Source of the DNA: Bacteroidales bacterium
GTDB taxonomy: Bacteria > Bacteroidota > Bacteroidia > Bacteroidales > UBA12077
Reading direction: 5' to 3'
Assembly: GCA_028282785.1 (NCBI GenBank)
Contig: JANQHE010000024.1
Coordinates: 73,612 to 137,611, forward strand
DNA length: 64,000 bases
Below are positions 47,228 to 56,137 of this stretch, one piece after another (within the stretch, counting starts at the first letter, position 1; each line of letters begins with the position of its first letter). A program made the translations under genes and the position numbers. Below the pieces are notes generated by a model, which saw only the letters and a program-made list of their open reading frames with translations, was not told the origin of the DNA and made no database searches.

Positions 47228-48286
47228 GTGAACAACACTAAAACAACAAATATTCTATTATTAACCATAGTAATTACGGTTGTATTTTATTTCTTAAAGA
47301 TATTATCTTTTATTTTTGTCCCGCTTATACTATCAATGTTTATAGCATTGATGTTTTTACCGGTAAAACGATGGTTAAATAAGCATGGTGTACCAAGGCC
47401 GGTTAGCGTTTTGATAATTGTCCTGTTAATCGGTGGCATCTTAAAAGTTGGTTTTGAATTAATTCAACTTACCAGTAAAGAAATTCTTGCGGACACCAGC
47501 TTAATCGAAAGAATGGAATTAAAGTTTGTTGAATTAATTGTTTTAATCGAAAACTTTTTTGGAATACAACGTCTTGAGGGTGAAAATGTAATCTTACATT
47601 ATTTTCGAAAAAGTAGTATCATAAATAATTTTGGTTCAACAATTGAATTTATTGGTGATACTCTTACCATGACTTTAATGACTGTTTTTTTTACCATTCT
47701 TTGGCTTTCAGAATCCATAAATTTTCAGAAGTTATTAAATCATACCATTCTTAAGCAAAAATTTTCCTCAATAAAAGTTTTTATGAGGATAGAGAAAGAT
47801 CTGATAAAGTTTGTAATCGTTAAGTTCTTTATTAGTCTGTTAACAGGTATAGGATTCACTTTTACTTGCCTGTTATTTGATGTCAGCTGGCCTGTTTTTT
47901 GGGGCCTGTTTGCATTTGTATTTAATTTTGTTCAGATGGTAGGCTCTTTTGTTTCGGTTATTATAGCATCTTTATTTGCTTTTGTTGAGCTTGATTCTAC
48001 AGGAACTTTGTTATTTTTTATAATAGTATTAACAGGCATTGAGGTTTTAATGGGTGGAATTTTAGAACCCGTTTTTATGGGGAGGTCCTTTTCAATAAAT
48101 GTGATTGCAATTTTGGTTATGTTGATGTTCTGGAGCTATTTATGGGGTGTTCCTGGCTTGATCATGTCCATACCGATAACCGTTTTCTTAAAAATTATTT
48201 TGGAGCAATTTCCTGGAACAAAGGTTATTGCCGAATTATTATCCGGTAATGAGGAAAATCTGAACTTTGTGCGGTTTAAAAAATAA
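47228..48286 (+). CDS. AI-2E (PerM/YhhT) family transporter
   Basis: 8 TM segments. The C-terminal block LEPVFMGRSFSINVIAILVMLMFWSYLWGVPGLIMSIPITV is characteristic. GTG start. Confidence 0.8.
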   Translation: MNNTKTTNILLLTIVITVVFYFLKILSFIFVPLILSMFIALMFLPVKRWLNKHGVPRPVSVLIIVLLIGGILKVGFELIQLTSKEILADTSLIERMELKFVELIVLIENFFGIQRLEGENVILHYFRKSSIINNFGSTIEFIGDTLTMTLMTVFFTILWLSESINFQKLLNHTILKQKFSSIKVFMRIEKDLIKFVIVKFFISLLTGIGFTFTCLLFDVSWPVFWGLFAFVFNFVQMVGSFVSVIIASLFAFVELDSTGTLLFFIIVLTGIEVLMGGILEPVFMGRSFSINVIAILVMLMFWSYLWGVPGLIMSIPITVFLKIILEQFPGTKVIAELLSGNEENLNFVRFKK

Positions 48287-48338
48287 CTAACCAAACATAA
48301 GAATACGTATTAGCAGTTATACAATTAATTTATTGAAA

Positions 48339-48626
48339 ATGATTTTACTTACGATTATAACAAAAACGCCGGAACAAAGCAAAGAAATAATTGAGTTATT
48401 ATTTGAGGAATTATTAGTGATGGATGTTCTTAAACTGGATAATAATGAATATTACAGGTTAGATGAAAATAAAAATGTTATAGAGGCAAAATCATCTGTT
48501 TTGAAATGCATAACACATTATAATCTTTATAAGAATATTAAAAGCCTGCTAATAAAAAAATATAAAGAAAAAGTAACTGTACTATATTCGACCGTTATTG
48601 ATGAGATTATTTGGGAATATTCATAA
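48339..48626 (+). CDS. hypothetical small protein (weak CutA-like resemblance)
   Basis: 95 aa from ATG 48339 (the ORF track TTG is 48333). The resemblance to CutA1 topology is weak. Confidence 0.3.
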   Translation: MILLTIITKTPEQSKEIIELLFEELLVMDVLKLDNNEYYRLDENKNVIEAKSSVLKCITHYNLYKNIKSLLIKKYKEKVTVLYSTVIDEIIWEYS

Positions 48627-48748
48627 ATCCGCCTTCAGTAAGGTTATTGTTTATGATATTGAAAGAATTTTAAATTATAAGTATCAAAAGTAAAATTAAG
48701 ATTTACACTAGTTGAGAATGGCTTAGTTTTACTTAGGACTTTGATAAA

Positions 48749-48770
48749 AAGTAGGATTGAAAGGTTGTAA
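48749..48770. repeat. left arm of a 22-bp imperfect inverted repeat
   Basis: AAGTAGGATTGAAAGGTTGTAA matches the reverse complement of 48858..48879 (AAGTAGGGTGAAAAGGTTGTAC). Confidence 0.5.
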
Positions 48771-48857
48771 GGGTTTTATAACTCGAACTCTCCAATGGTG
48801 GTTTATAATTATTTGTTTTTGAGTTAAAAATCCCTAATATATCCGGAGGAACCGGAA

Positions 48858-48879
48858 GTACAACCTTTTCACCCTACTT
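48858..48879. repeat. right arm of a 22-bp imperfect inverted repeat
   Basis: GTACAACCTTTTCACCCTACTT. Partner at 48749..48770, 87 nt away. Confidence 0.5.
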
Positions 48880-49202
48880 CTCGGTTTAAACCTTGCACCT
48901 ATCGATGAATCCACAAGGCAAACCTTGAATAAATAATTATTAATAAAAGCATTGCAACAATTATTAATAAAAACCGAATAAAACTATTCTTATTAAGAAA
49001 AGCTAATATCTTGGCAAAATACATAAGAAGTCTGATTATGTTATTAATTTTAAATACTTTGTTATTATTCATACCGGGCAAAAGGTTTTAATTTAAATAA
49101 ACACTTTCACCCTGAATCTGCAGAGAAACAAAAGTTTTATACGTACTAACCTTATTAAGCTAAGATTAGCATATTGAGATAAGTCAAAGAAAGTTTAACT
49201 AA

Positions 49203-49499
49203 TCAAGAAGCCTTTGGAGGGTCCCAAATAGTATAAACTAATTTGTTTGGAAAAAAACTATAATACATGAAATCAATATCGTTTATTGAAATATTAAAAG
49301 CCATTTTTTTAATATGTTCTCCAAAAAACAACTCTTCTTCGGAAATAGTTTCCTTATTTTCTTGAGGTTCGGTATTAAAAGAAGTAAGTTCTATATGTGT
49401 GAATTGAGAATTAAAGATATTCAGGACATTTTCATTAAAATAGCCTGTAATCAAAAGTGAAAACACAAAATATAATAATACGTTTTTGTATTTTTTCAT
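49203..49499 (-). CDS. hypothetical secreted protein
   Basis: ATG 49499 gives MKKYKNVLLYFVFSLLITGYF (signal peptide). No recognised family. Confidence 0.4.
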   Translation of the reverse strand: MKKYKNVLLYFVFSLLITGYFNENVLNIFNSQFTHIELTSFNTEPQENKETISEEELFFGEHIKKMAFNISINDIDFMYYSFFPNKLVYTIWDPPKAS

Positions 49500-49654
49500 T
49501 AGACACGCCATCATTTATTTAAATACATATAAAAAGTCAATTTTAACTATAAATACTTTTTTCTGCACGCCATTCTGTATTTTTGCCATTTTATATGAAT
49601 ATTCCCTGGAGAAAAAAATACGTAAAATAATTTATAATCAAATTATATTATAAT

Positions 49655-51163
49655 TTACGGATAATATAAACCGGAATCGGGTCCGAGAGGCCAACCCAAT
49701 GCCAACCAAATTATCAGAATAATTGCCCAGATAATAAAAAAGAAAAAAGTATACGGGAGCATAGTAGCTACAATTGTGCCAATTCCGGCTTTTTTGTCAT
49801 AACGTTGAAAGAAGGCCACAATTAATGCGAAATATGCCAACATTGGAGAAATAATGTTGGTTACGGAATCGCCGATCCGATAAGTGTTTTGGACAAGCTC
49901 CGGCGAGTATCCCAGGATCATAAACATAGGAACAAAAGCAGGAGCCAATATGGCCCACTTTGCCGAGGCACTTCCCATAAATAAGTTTAGAATTCCAACC
50001 AGAATAATAAAAGCGATCATTAATGGAATAGAACCTAGATTCAGAGTCTTAATAAAACCAGCAGATTCAATGGCAAAAATCAACCCGATATTGGTCCATT
50101 TAAAATATGCAACAAACTGGGCAGCAAAAAAGGTTAGTACTATGTAAATACCTAATGTTTCCATTGCTTTACCCATTCCATTCATTATATCTGTATCACT
50201 TTTATAGGTACGTGCACCGATTCCATAGGCGATACCCAAAACTGCAGCAACGATAAATATAATGGCTACAATTCCCATTAAAAATGGCGAACGTAAAATA
50301 TCTCCGTTTTCACCTCTTAAAAACCCTTCTTGTGGGATTACTCCCAACAAAATGATCACAAAAACTATTACACCGGCAATTGCAGAAAATCGCAACCCCC
50401 TTTTTTCCAGTTTTGATAACTTTTGAAGTTCTTCAGGTTTTTCTTCACCTTTATAAGTTCCGAGCCTTGGTATCACAAATTTTTCTGTGATCCACGTTCC
50501 TGCCAGGGCAATAAAAAGGGTAGAAACAAACATGAAATAATAGTTGGCAGCAGGATTTACAAGGTAATCGGGCTCAATAATTTGGGCTGCTTCTTCTGTT
50601 AAACCTGCCAACAATGGATCAATGGTCCCTAAAAGTAAATTAGCACTGTACCCTCCTGAAACTCCGGCAAAGGCAGCTGCCATTCCGGCTAGCGGATGAC
50701 GGCCCACAGATAAGAATATAATGGCTCCCAGAGGAACAAGTAAAACGTAACCAACTTCGCTCGCCGTATTCGATAAAATAGCCGAGAATACAACCACAAA
50801 AGTAAGTAAACGTTTAGGTGCCGATGTCACTAACAGGCGCAAAACAGTCCCAATAAACCCACTGCTTTCTGCAATCCCGATTCCAAGCATAGCAACTAAA
50901 ACCGTACCTAATGGAACAAAACCTGTAAAATTGGTTACCATTTCTTTCAGGATCCTCCCAAGCCCTTCCTTTGACATCAGGTTTACCGGTGCGATCATTT
51001 CACCTGTTCGCGGATGAGCAGCCTGAATGTCGAATAAACTTAAAAATCCGGATAGAAGAATTACTAAAAAGGAAAAAATGGCAAATAAAGTAGCAGGGTG
51101 AGGTAAAGCATTCCCTCCTTTTTCTACTATATTTAGGAATTTGGCAAAAAATCGATTTTTCAT
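49655..51163 (-). CDS. AbgT family transporter (p-aminobenzoyl-glutamate/antimetabolite transporter family)
   Basis: N-terminal [18 protein letters not shown] plus a polytopic 502-aa body, typical of AbgT. Confidence 0.85.
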   Translation of the reverse strand: MKNRFFAKFLNIVEKGGNALPHPATLFAIFSFLVILLSGFLSLFDIQAAHPRTGEMIAPVNLMSKEGLGRILKEMVTNFTGFVPLGTVLVAMLGIGIAESSGFIGTVLRLLVTSAPKRLLTFVVVFSAILSNTASEVGYVLLVPLGAIIFLSVGRHPLAGMAAAFAGVSGGYSANLLLGTIDPLLAGLTEEAAQIIEPDYLVNPAANYYFMFVSTLFIALAGTWITEKFVIPRLGTYKGEEKPEELQKLSKLEKRGLRFSAIAGVIVFVIILLGVIPQEGFLRGENGDILRSPFLMGIVAIIFIVAAVLGIAYGIGARTYKSDTDIMNGMGKAMETLGIYIVLTFFAAQFVAYFKWTNIGLIFAIESAGFIKTLNLGSIPLMIAFIILVGILNLFMGSASAKWAILAPAFVPMFMILGYSPELVQNTYRIGDSVTNIISPMLAYFALIVAFFQRYDKKAGIGTIVATMLPYTFFFFIIWAIILIIWLALGWPLGPDSGLYYP

Positions 51164-51407
51164 AATTTCTATTAAAAAATTATTTATTATTTGTTTAACT
51201 CGAAATTAAATAGCTGATTCACATATAGGCTTGATTTTCAGCCTCATAAAAGATGAGCAGCAAAAATAAAGTGACTAAATAAAAACAACGGATAGATAGG
51301 CAGAAAATTGTTCCCAAAGTAGTTATTAAAGAAAAAAAAACAACTTATACAACCTGTTATATTTATTGTACAATTTTAGGGCTATTCACCTCGTTTTCTA
51401 AATGGTG

Positions 51408-52478
51408 TCAGGAGATATTTTTATCATTACCTGTTTTTTCCAATAAGTTATATTTGGCTTGCCTTGCTTTCCATCTTTGTTTTGCGTATTCCTGCATATC
51501 CGTTATGGTATCTTTTTCATCAACAATCTCAAGACCCAGCAAGGTTTCAATAATATCTTCCATGGTAACAATTCCGTCCAAACCTCCATATTCATCTACA
51601 ACTAAGGCAATATGCTCTTTTTTTTCCAAAAGCTTTTCCCACAAAGTAAATAAAGCCGTAGAATGCGGAACAATAATTATATCCCTTTTAATATCTTTCA
51701 ATTTCAATTTATGTTGATCTTCCGCAAGTTTCGCAAAAACCGATTGACTAAAAACATACCCTGTTATGTTTTCATCATTTTCAGAAAATATCGGGATGCG
51801 CGAGAACTTAAGGAAATCTTTGTTTTTTAGGAAATTACTTAGATGCATTTCTTCGTCAGCAGCTGTTACAACAACCCTGGGAGTCATTATTTCCGTTACC
51901 CTTACATTTTTAAGCCTCAGTAGATTTTGAATTATTTTATGTTCTTTACTGGAGAAAATTCCTTCATCCGCACCAATATTTGCTAATGCAGCTATTTCTT
52001 CCCGGCTTGTTGTTTTCTCATGCTTGTTTTTTGAGATCAACTTTGTAATGATCGCAGACATAATAACCAAAGGGTAGGTAATAACTATCATACCTTTTAT
52101 GATCAGGGATGAGATCATTGCCAGATTTCTCCAATACTGGGCCCCAATGGTTTTAGGAATAATTTCGGTAATGACTAAAATTAGTATGGTAAGAATTGCT
52201 GACACGATCCCAAAAGAAGTTTCACCAAACACTTTAATAGCCTGTGCTCCGACTCCGGCTGCGCCTACGGTATGGGCTACCGTATTCAATGATAAAATGG
52301 CAGACAAAGGCTTATCAATATTCGTTTTCAGGTCAATAAATGTTTTAGCCCAAACATTTCCTTTTTCGTGTTTAGCCATCAGGAAAGATTGGGGTGTCGA
52401 AAGAAGCACCGCTTCCATAATGGAACAGATAAACGATACAAAAAGTGCCAGGAACAAATAAAATAGAAGTAATATCAT
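51408..52478 (-). CDS. CNNM/DUF21 membrane domain plus CBS-pair protein (hemolysin C/CorB-like)
   Basis: N-terminal 4-TM DUF21 (AVLLSTPQSFL, LNTVAHTVGAAGVGAQA), then CBS-pair sequences (VTEIMTPRVVV, DEYGGLDGIVTMEDIIETLLGLEI). Confidence 0.85.
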   Translation of the reverse strand: MILLLFYLFLALFVSFICSIMEAVLLSTPQSFLMAKHEKGNVWAKTFIDLKTNIDKPLSAILSLNTVAHTVGAAGVGAQAIKVFGETSFGIVSAILTILILVITEIIPKTIGAQYWRNLAMISSLIIKGMIVITYPLVIMSAIITKLISKNKHEKTTSREEIAALANIGADEGIFSSKEHKIIQNLLRLKNVRVTEIMTPRVVVTAADEEMHLSNFLKNKDFLKFSRIPIFSENDENITGYVFSQSVFAKLAEDQHKLKLKDIKRDIIIVPHSTALFTLWEKLLEKKEHIALVVDEYGGLDGIVTMEDIIETLLGLEIVDEKDTITDMQEYAKQRWKARQAKYNLLEKTGNDKNIS

Positions 52479-52584
52479 TTTTTCTTTTATTAATGATTTA
52501 TTTAAGATGATGCCTTTCTTACATTGACACCTAAAGGTTAATATAAAATGCCATTTAATTCAATTTACACAATGCAACAAATAT

Positions 52585-52950
52585 TTATTTTTTGGGAGGT
52601 TTGGGTTTTAAACTTTTTACATATTCCAAACTTGTTGTTAAAACCTCCTTTAAACGATCCACATCATTCAACAAGTGATCGGGAATTGTAACATATTCTT
52701 TCAGCAATGGTCCGGGTTCGGGCTTATACAAGCTCGTTTGATATTTTTCTAAAAAATGTTCTCTTTCTTCTTTAGGTAATCGAATGCCCACATAACCACT
52801 TTTTGATAACAACGAAAACATATGGCCATTCAGCGAAGTATAAGGAAAACCAAAATTCTCATTAATTTCTAATCCGGGAATACTTTTTACTAATATTTCG
52901 TAAAGTTTCCGTTTTTCTTCCGGGATTGATTTTTTTTCTTTTTTAGCCAT
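52585..52950 (-). CDS. TfoX N-terminal-domain-like protein
   Basis: 121 aa. LYEILVKSIPGLE...NGHMFSLLSKSGYVGIRLPKEEREHFL resembles the TfoX/Sxy N-domain pattern. Low certainty. Confidence 0.35.
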   Translation of the reverse strand: MAKKEKKSIPEEKRKLYEILVKSIPGLEINENFGFPYTSLNGHMFSLLSKSGYVGIRLPKEEREHFLEKYQTSLYKPEPGPLLKEYVTIPDHLLNDVDRLKEVLTTSLEYVKSLKPKPPKK

Positions 52951-53195
52951 ATATTCCTTTTTTAATAAGCATATTCTATGGATTTGCTATGTAACAAATA
53001 TAATCAAAAAGCATATAATTAATGCCTTTGAAGTTTGTAAGCATTATTTATATGAACCGCTATATTAATTATTTTGAAATGAAGCCCATTTGAACTTCAT
53101 GAACAGCCTTTCGTTTAAAGTTTTCATTATAAATTATTGATCCTGGCATAAGTTTACTTTTTGTATAAACCTATTTCAGGACAAGACACATTACT

Positions 53196-53228
53196 CTCCC
53201 TTTTTTAAAAGGGGGATACAGGGGGATT
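53196..53228. repeat. repeat module M1, copy A (CTCCCTTTTTTAAAAGGGGG-n5-GGGGGATT)
   Basis: Same module at 54725..54754 with a 2-nt spacer. Internally palindromic (CCCTTTT/AAAAGGG). Confidence 0.7.
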
Positions 53229-53344
53229 AAAAGGGTTGAAAAATATCCCTCACACGGGTTTATAATGCGTGCAACAAGAGAAAGAAAGGAAAAAGAATTT
53301 GTGTCAACTAAGCGAAGCGATCTCATGAGCAAAGCGAATAACAC

Positions 53345-53397
53345 AAAAAAAGTATAGTTAAAAGACTTAGACTGCATACGAAATCAAATTCGACGTA
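53345..53397. repeat. repeat module M2, copy A (53 nt)
   Basis: AAAAAAAGTATAGTTAAAAGACTTAGACTGCATACGAAATCAAATTCGACGTA. 51/53 identical to 54662..54714, same strand. Confidence 0.85.
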
Positions 53398-53490
53398 GGT
53401 TTTAATAAATTTATCAGTGGCTGGTTCATTGCTTTTTTTCTTTGTGTGGTAGGCAAAGAAAAAGAAAGAATTTAATACCATAGAAAATTT

Positions 53491-53529
53491 TGATTATTCC
53501 CACTGGTCATGAAAATAGTTCTTTGTTTC
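53491..53529. repeat. repeat module M3, copy A
   Basis: TGATTATTCCCACTGGTCATGAAAATAGTTCTTTGTTTC compared with 54581..54619: 36/39 identical, same strand. Confidence 0.8.
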
Positions 53530-53621
53530 ATTCCTTTTAGGAAGGAAAAAAAATAAGATTAAACACTCCATACCATGTCTATTTAGCCATTCTTAGAGCA
53601 GAAAAAAACTTCTTTACTTTA

Positions 53622-54332
53622 TTAATGCAAAATAATACTTCCCCAACCAGAATAGTCAAAATCAATAATATTTGGGTTCCAGCCATGGCTTACATTTTCT
53701 ATGGGCGAATCGGCTTCTATTTTTACCGGCCAATAATTTTCATGGTGGTCAATCAAAATATTTGAAATTAAAGCTTCTTTGGCAAGAGCTTTTTTTATGG
53801 GGTTTATTCCTAAACTATTTAATGAAATTGCCATCTCATTATGCGTTTCCTCTGCCATAGGTACCGTGCTGGCTACCCATCCATTTTCCATCATATAGGT
53901 GTTGATAGCTTCCTTTAACTCACTTTCACTTGCATTACGAACAAAACTACCTCTCATTTCCCAATGATACTTTTTTGTACAAACCCAAAGCTTATGAGCT
54001 TCGTCATACTCATACACAGCCAACCCTAATGAATAGGATGCATGAAAAACATACATTCTGTTGTTTATAATGAAATGTACATTTCCAATAATAGAATTTC
54101 TGGCAACGTATAAATTGTATTCATCATACTTTAAGTAAATAGAGGTGGTATCAGTTAATTTTAGTTCATAAGCATCGTTCCATTCATTTTCTGATATCTT
54201 TCCATCAATAACCGGAACACTGCCTTTTTTAATTTTTATTACAGAACTGTCTGAAAATTCAACACGTGCATTTGCCAAATTAATGGTAAGGCAATAAATT
54301 ACTATTACAAAAAGGAGTATTATTTTTCTCAT
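53622..54332 (-). CDS. secreted protein with CBM9/DOMON-like N-terminal signature
   Basis: ATG 54332 gives MRKIILLFVIVIYCLTINLANA (signal peptide). VPVIDGKISENEWNDAYEL resembles the carbohydrate-binding family 9-like opening motif. Confidence 0.45.
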   Translation of the reverse strand: MRKIILLFVIVIYCLTINLANARVEFSDSSVIKIKKGSVPVIDGKISENEWNDAYELKLTDTTSIYLKYDEYNLYVARNSIIGNVHFIINNRMYVFHASYSLGLAVYEYDEAHKLWVCTKKYHWEMRGSFVRNASESELKEAINTYMMENGWVASTVPMAEETHNEMAISLNSLGINPIKKALAKEALISNILIDHHENYWPVKIEADSPIENVSHGWNPNIIDFDYSGWGSIILH

Positions 54333-54551
54333 AGTCAAAACATTTAGTTTATAAATTTATACTGCATTTAATACGTAAAGTAAACATTATTTATTGTTTT
54401 TTAGAAATATTTCCCCTTTGTGTGTGGGGCACCATATCTCCAGGCCCTGAAAAAGGTAGAAAGAAACCTGCATTTATTCCTTTCTGCCATGATCCCTATA
54501 GTTATTGGGACGCTTTGCTACATTGAGAAATTTGGGTGAAAAACAAGCTTG

Positions 54552-54568
54552 CCTGCCGGACGGGCAGG
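54552..54568. repeat. CCTGCC-n5-GGCAGG hairpin repeat
   Basis: CCTGCCGGACGGGCAGG has a 6-bp stem. Flanks are similar to the other copies (GCCTGCC...GGCAGGATT). Confidence 0.55.
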
Positions 54569-54580
54569 ATTCATTTCGGT

Positions 54581-54619
54581 TGATTATTCCCTCCGGTCAT
54601 GAGAATAGTTCTTTGTTTC
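54581..54619. repeat. repeat module M3, copy B
   Basis: See 53491..53529. Confidence 0.8.
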
Positions 54620-54650
54620 TTTCTCATCAAGAAGAAAGAAACAAAGAACT
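54607..54650. repeat. perfect 18-bp stem / 8-nt loop hairpin
   Basis: AGTTCTTTGTTTCTTTCT-CATCAAGA-AGAAAGAAACAAAGAACT. The left arm is part of module M3 copy B. Confidence 0.8.
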
Positions 54651-54661
54651 TAATTAAGGAC

Positions 54662-54714
54662 AAAAAAAGTATAGTTAAAAGACCTAGACTGCATACGAAA
54701 CCAAATTCGACGTA
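54662..54714. repeat. repeat module M2, copy B
   Basis: See 53345..53397. Confidence 0.85.
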
Positions 54715-54724
54715 AAAAAAACTA

Positions 54725-54754
54725 CTCCCTTTTTTAAAAGGGGGCCGGGGGATT
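54725..54754. repeat. repeat module M1, copy B
   Basis: See 53196..53228. Confidence 0.7.
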
Positions 54755-54988
54755 TGATAAATTAAGTTTTACCCCCCTCATTTTCCCTGTTCTAAAAAAG
54801 AGAAGGGATAAACTTCCTTAATCCGCAAAAATCTATTCTGGAAACCGTTTAATATTGTATGCCTTACACAATAACAGCTTGGGCGCAATAAAAGATGCTA
54901 ACGCCTTAAATAACTCAATAACAAACACTTGATTTCGGGCGTTTTATTTCGTATATTTATTCTACTTTATTCGTTCTCCGAAGTACTG

Positions 54989-55004
54989 CCTGCCTATCGG
55001 CAGG
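54989..55004. repeat. CCTGCC-n4-GGCAGG hairpin repeat
   Basis: CCTGCCTATCGGCAGG has a 6-bp stem. Confidence 0.55.
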
Positions 55005-55045
55005 GTTTGCGAAGGAGACCCCCACTAAGGCATCCTGCTTAAGTG

Positions 55046-55078
55046 GCAGAAGAACGTATACTTTTGGCTTCGGAATGG
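55046..55078. repeat. shared upstream element R3, copy 1 (GCAGAAGAACGTATACTTTTGGCTTCGGAATGG)
   Basis: Resembles 60004..60038 (AAGAACGTA identical, then about 14/20). Contains a Bacteroidetes -7-like TACTTTTG. Confidence 0.5.
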
Positions 55079-56103
55079 GGTTAATTAATATTAACAAATA
55101 CCTTAATTCTTATAATATGCTTAATAATCCGGCTCTTGATATTGCGATAGGTTTAGTCTTTATCTATGCCATTTATAGTTTGCTTGCGACAACATTAACG
55201 GAATTAATAGCAACCCTTATCGGCTTAAGAGGAAAAAACCTAAGAAAAGGAATCAAACGAATGTTAGATGATGATTCGATATCAATTGAATCATCATCTA
55301 AATTAAGTGAAATCTTTATTGGAAGACCAGAAATAAAATTTTTAGGAAAAGGGAAGAATATAAGAGGAAAAGAAAAATTTCCATCCTATATTAAATCCAA
55401 AACATTTGCTAAAGGATTAATAAACAGCCTAGAAGATGTTCACAACTTCAATAAAGATTTAAATAAATTGAAAGAGAGTCTTAAGGAAAAAGAAACTCCT
55501 ACAAATATCTTTATTGCAAACCTAATAGATGAAGCCAATTCTAATATAGAAAGGTTTAAATCACTGGCGGAGGATTGGTTTAATGAAACCATGGACCGAG
55601 TTGGTGGATGGTATAGAAAACATATTAGTCTTTTAACCTTCATAACAGGTTTCCTAATCGCATTAACATTAAATGTAGATACTCTTTCCATAAGTAAAAA
55701 GCTGAGTCAGGACAAAGAATCCAGGTTGGCGTTAGTTGAAGCAGCATCAGGATATGTGAGCAGTTTTGAAGCTAATGATTCTTTAAGTAAAGACGATTAT
55801 GAAAAATTTGAAATTCTAAACAATAGGATTGATTCACTTTTAGTTCAGGATGAAATAATAGGTACAATCATAGATTGGTATCCTCCTGAAAATTTTGGAT
55901 TGATTTGCGAAACTAAAGAGATTCTAGCAGAATCATGGGCTTTTATATTAAAATACATTTTTGGTTGTTTGATTACGGCTATAGCTCTTTCATTAGGTTC
56001 TTCCTTTTGGTTTGATCTATTGAATAAATTGATAAAACTAAGGGGAACTGGCACTAAGGAAAAGACCAATTTAAAAGTATCAAAAAGCAAACCCGTTGGA
56101 TAG
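55075..56103 (+). CDS. 3-TM membrane protein of unknown function (first gene of the trio)
   Basis: TM helices near aa 20-52, 184-201 and 289-317, with a charged coiled-coil-like middle and a C-terminal GSSFWFDLLNKLIKLRGTG. ATG 55075 lies inside repeat R3, so ATG 55117 (MLNNPALD...) may be the real start. Confidence 0.6.
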   Translation: MGLININKYLNSYNMLNNPALDIAIGLVFIYAIYSLLATTLTELIATLIGLRGKNLRKGIKRMLDDDSISIESSSKLSEIFIGRPEIKFLGKGKNIRGKEKFPSYIKSKTFAKGLINSLEDVHNFNKDLNKLKESLKEKETPTNIFIANLIDEANSNIERFKSLAEDWFNETMDRVGGWYRKHISLLTFITGFLIALTLNVDTLSISKKLSQDKESRLALVEAASGYVSSFEANDSLSKDDYEKFEILNNRIDSLLVQDEIIGTIIDWYPPENFGLICETKEILAESWAFILKYIFGCLITAIALSLGSSFWFDLLNKLIKLRGTGTKEKTNLKVSKSKPVG

Positions 56104-56137
56104 TCACCCATTTAATTAATAACCAAAAAAACCTCAG

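Noticed and set aside
48899-49081. 60-aa minus-strand ORF (hydrophobic)
   Set aside because: No conserved features. It lies in an AT-rich gene-free stretch, so there is not enough support to call a gene.
53171-53377. 68-aa minus-strand ORF
   Set aside because: It is built entirely from repeat modules M1/M2 and neighbouring repeat debris, with no plausible start context.
53196-54754. Possibility that the direct repeats are a CRISPR array
   Set aside because: There are only two copies of each module, of different lengths, with irregular spacing and permuted order, and a protein-coding gene lies between them. No cas genes are present.
55075-56103. Idea that the first trio gene is a bacterial gasdermin activated by the adjacent protease
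   Set aside because: The protein has three clear hydrophobic transmembrane helices and a coiled-coil-like middle. Bacterial gasdermins are soluble precursors without predicted TM segments.
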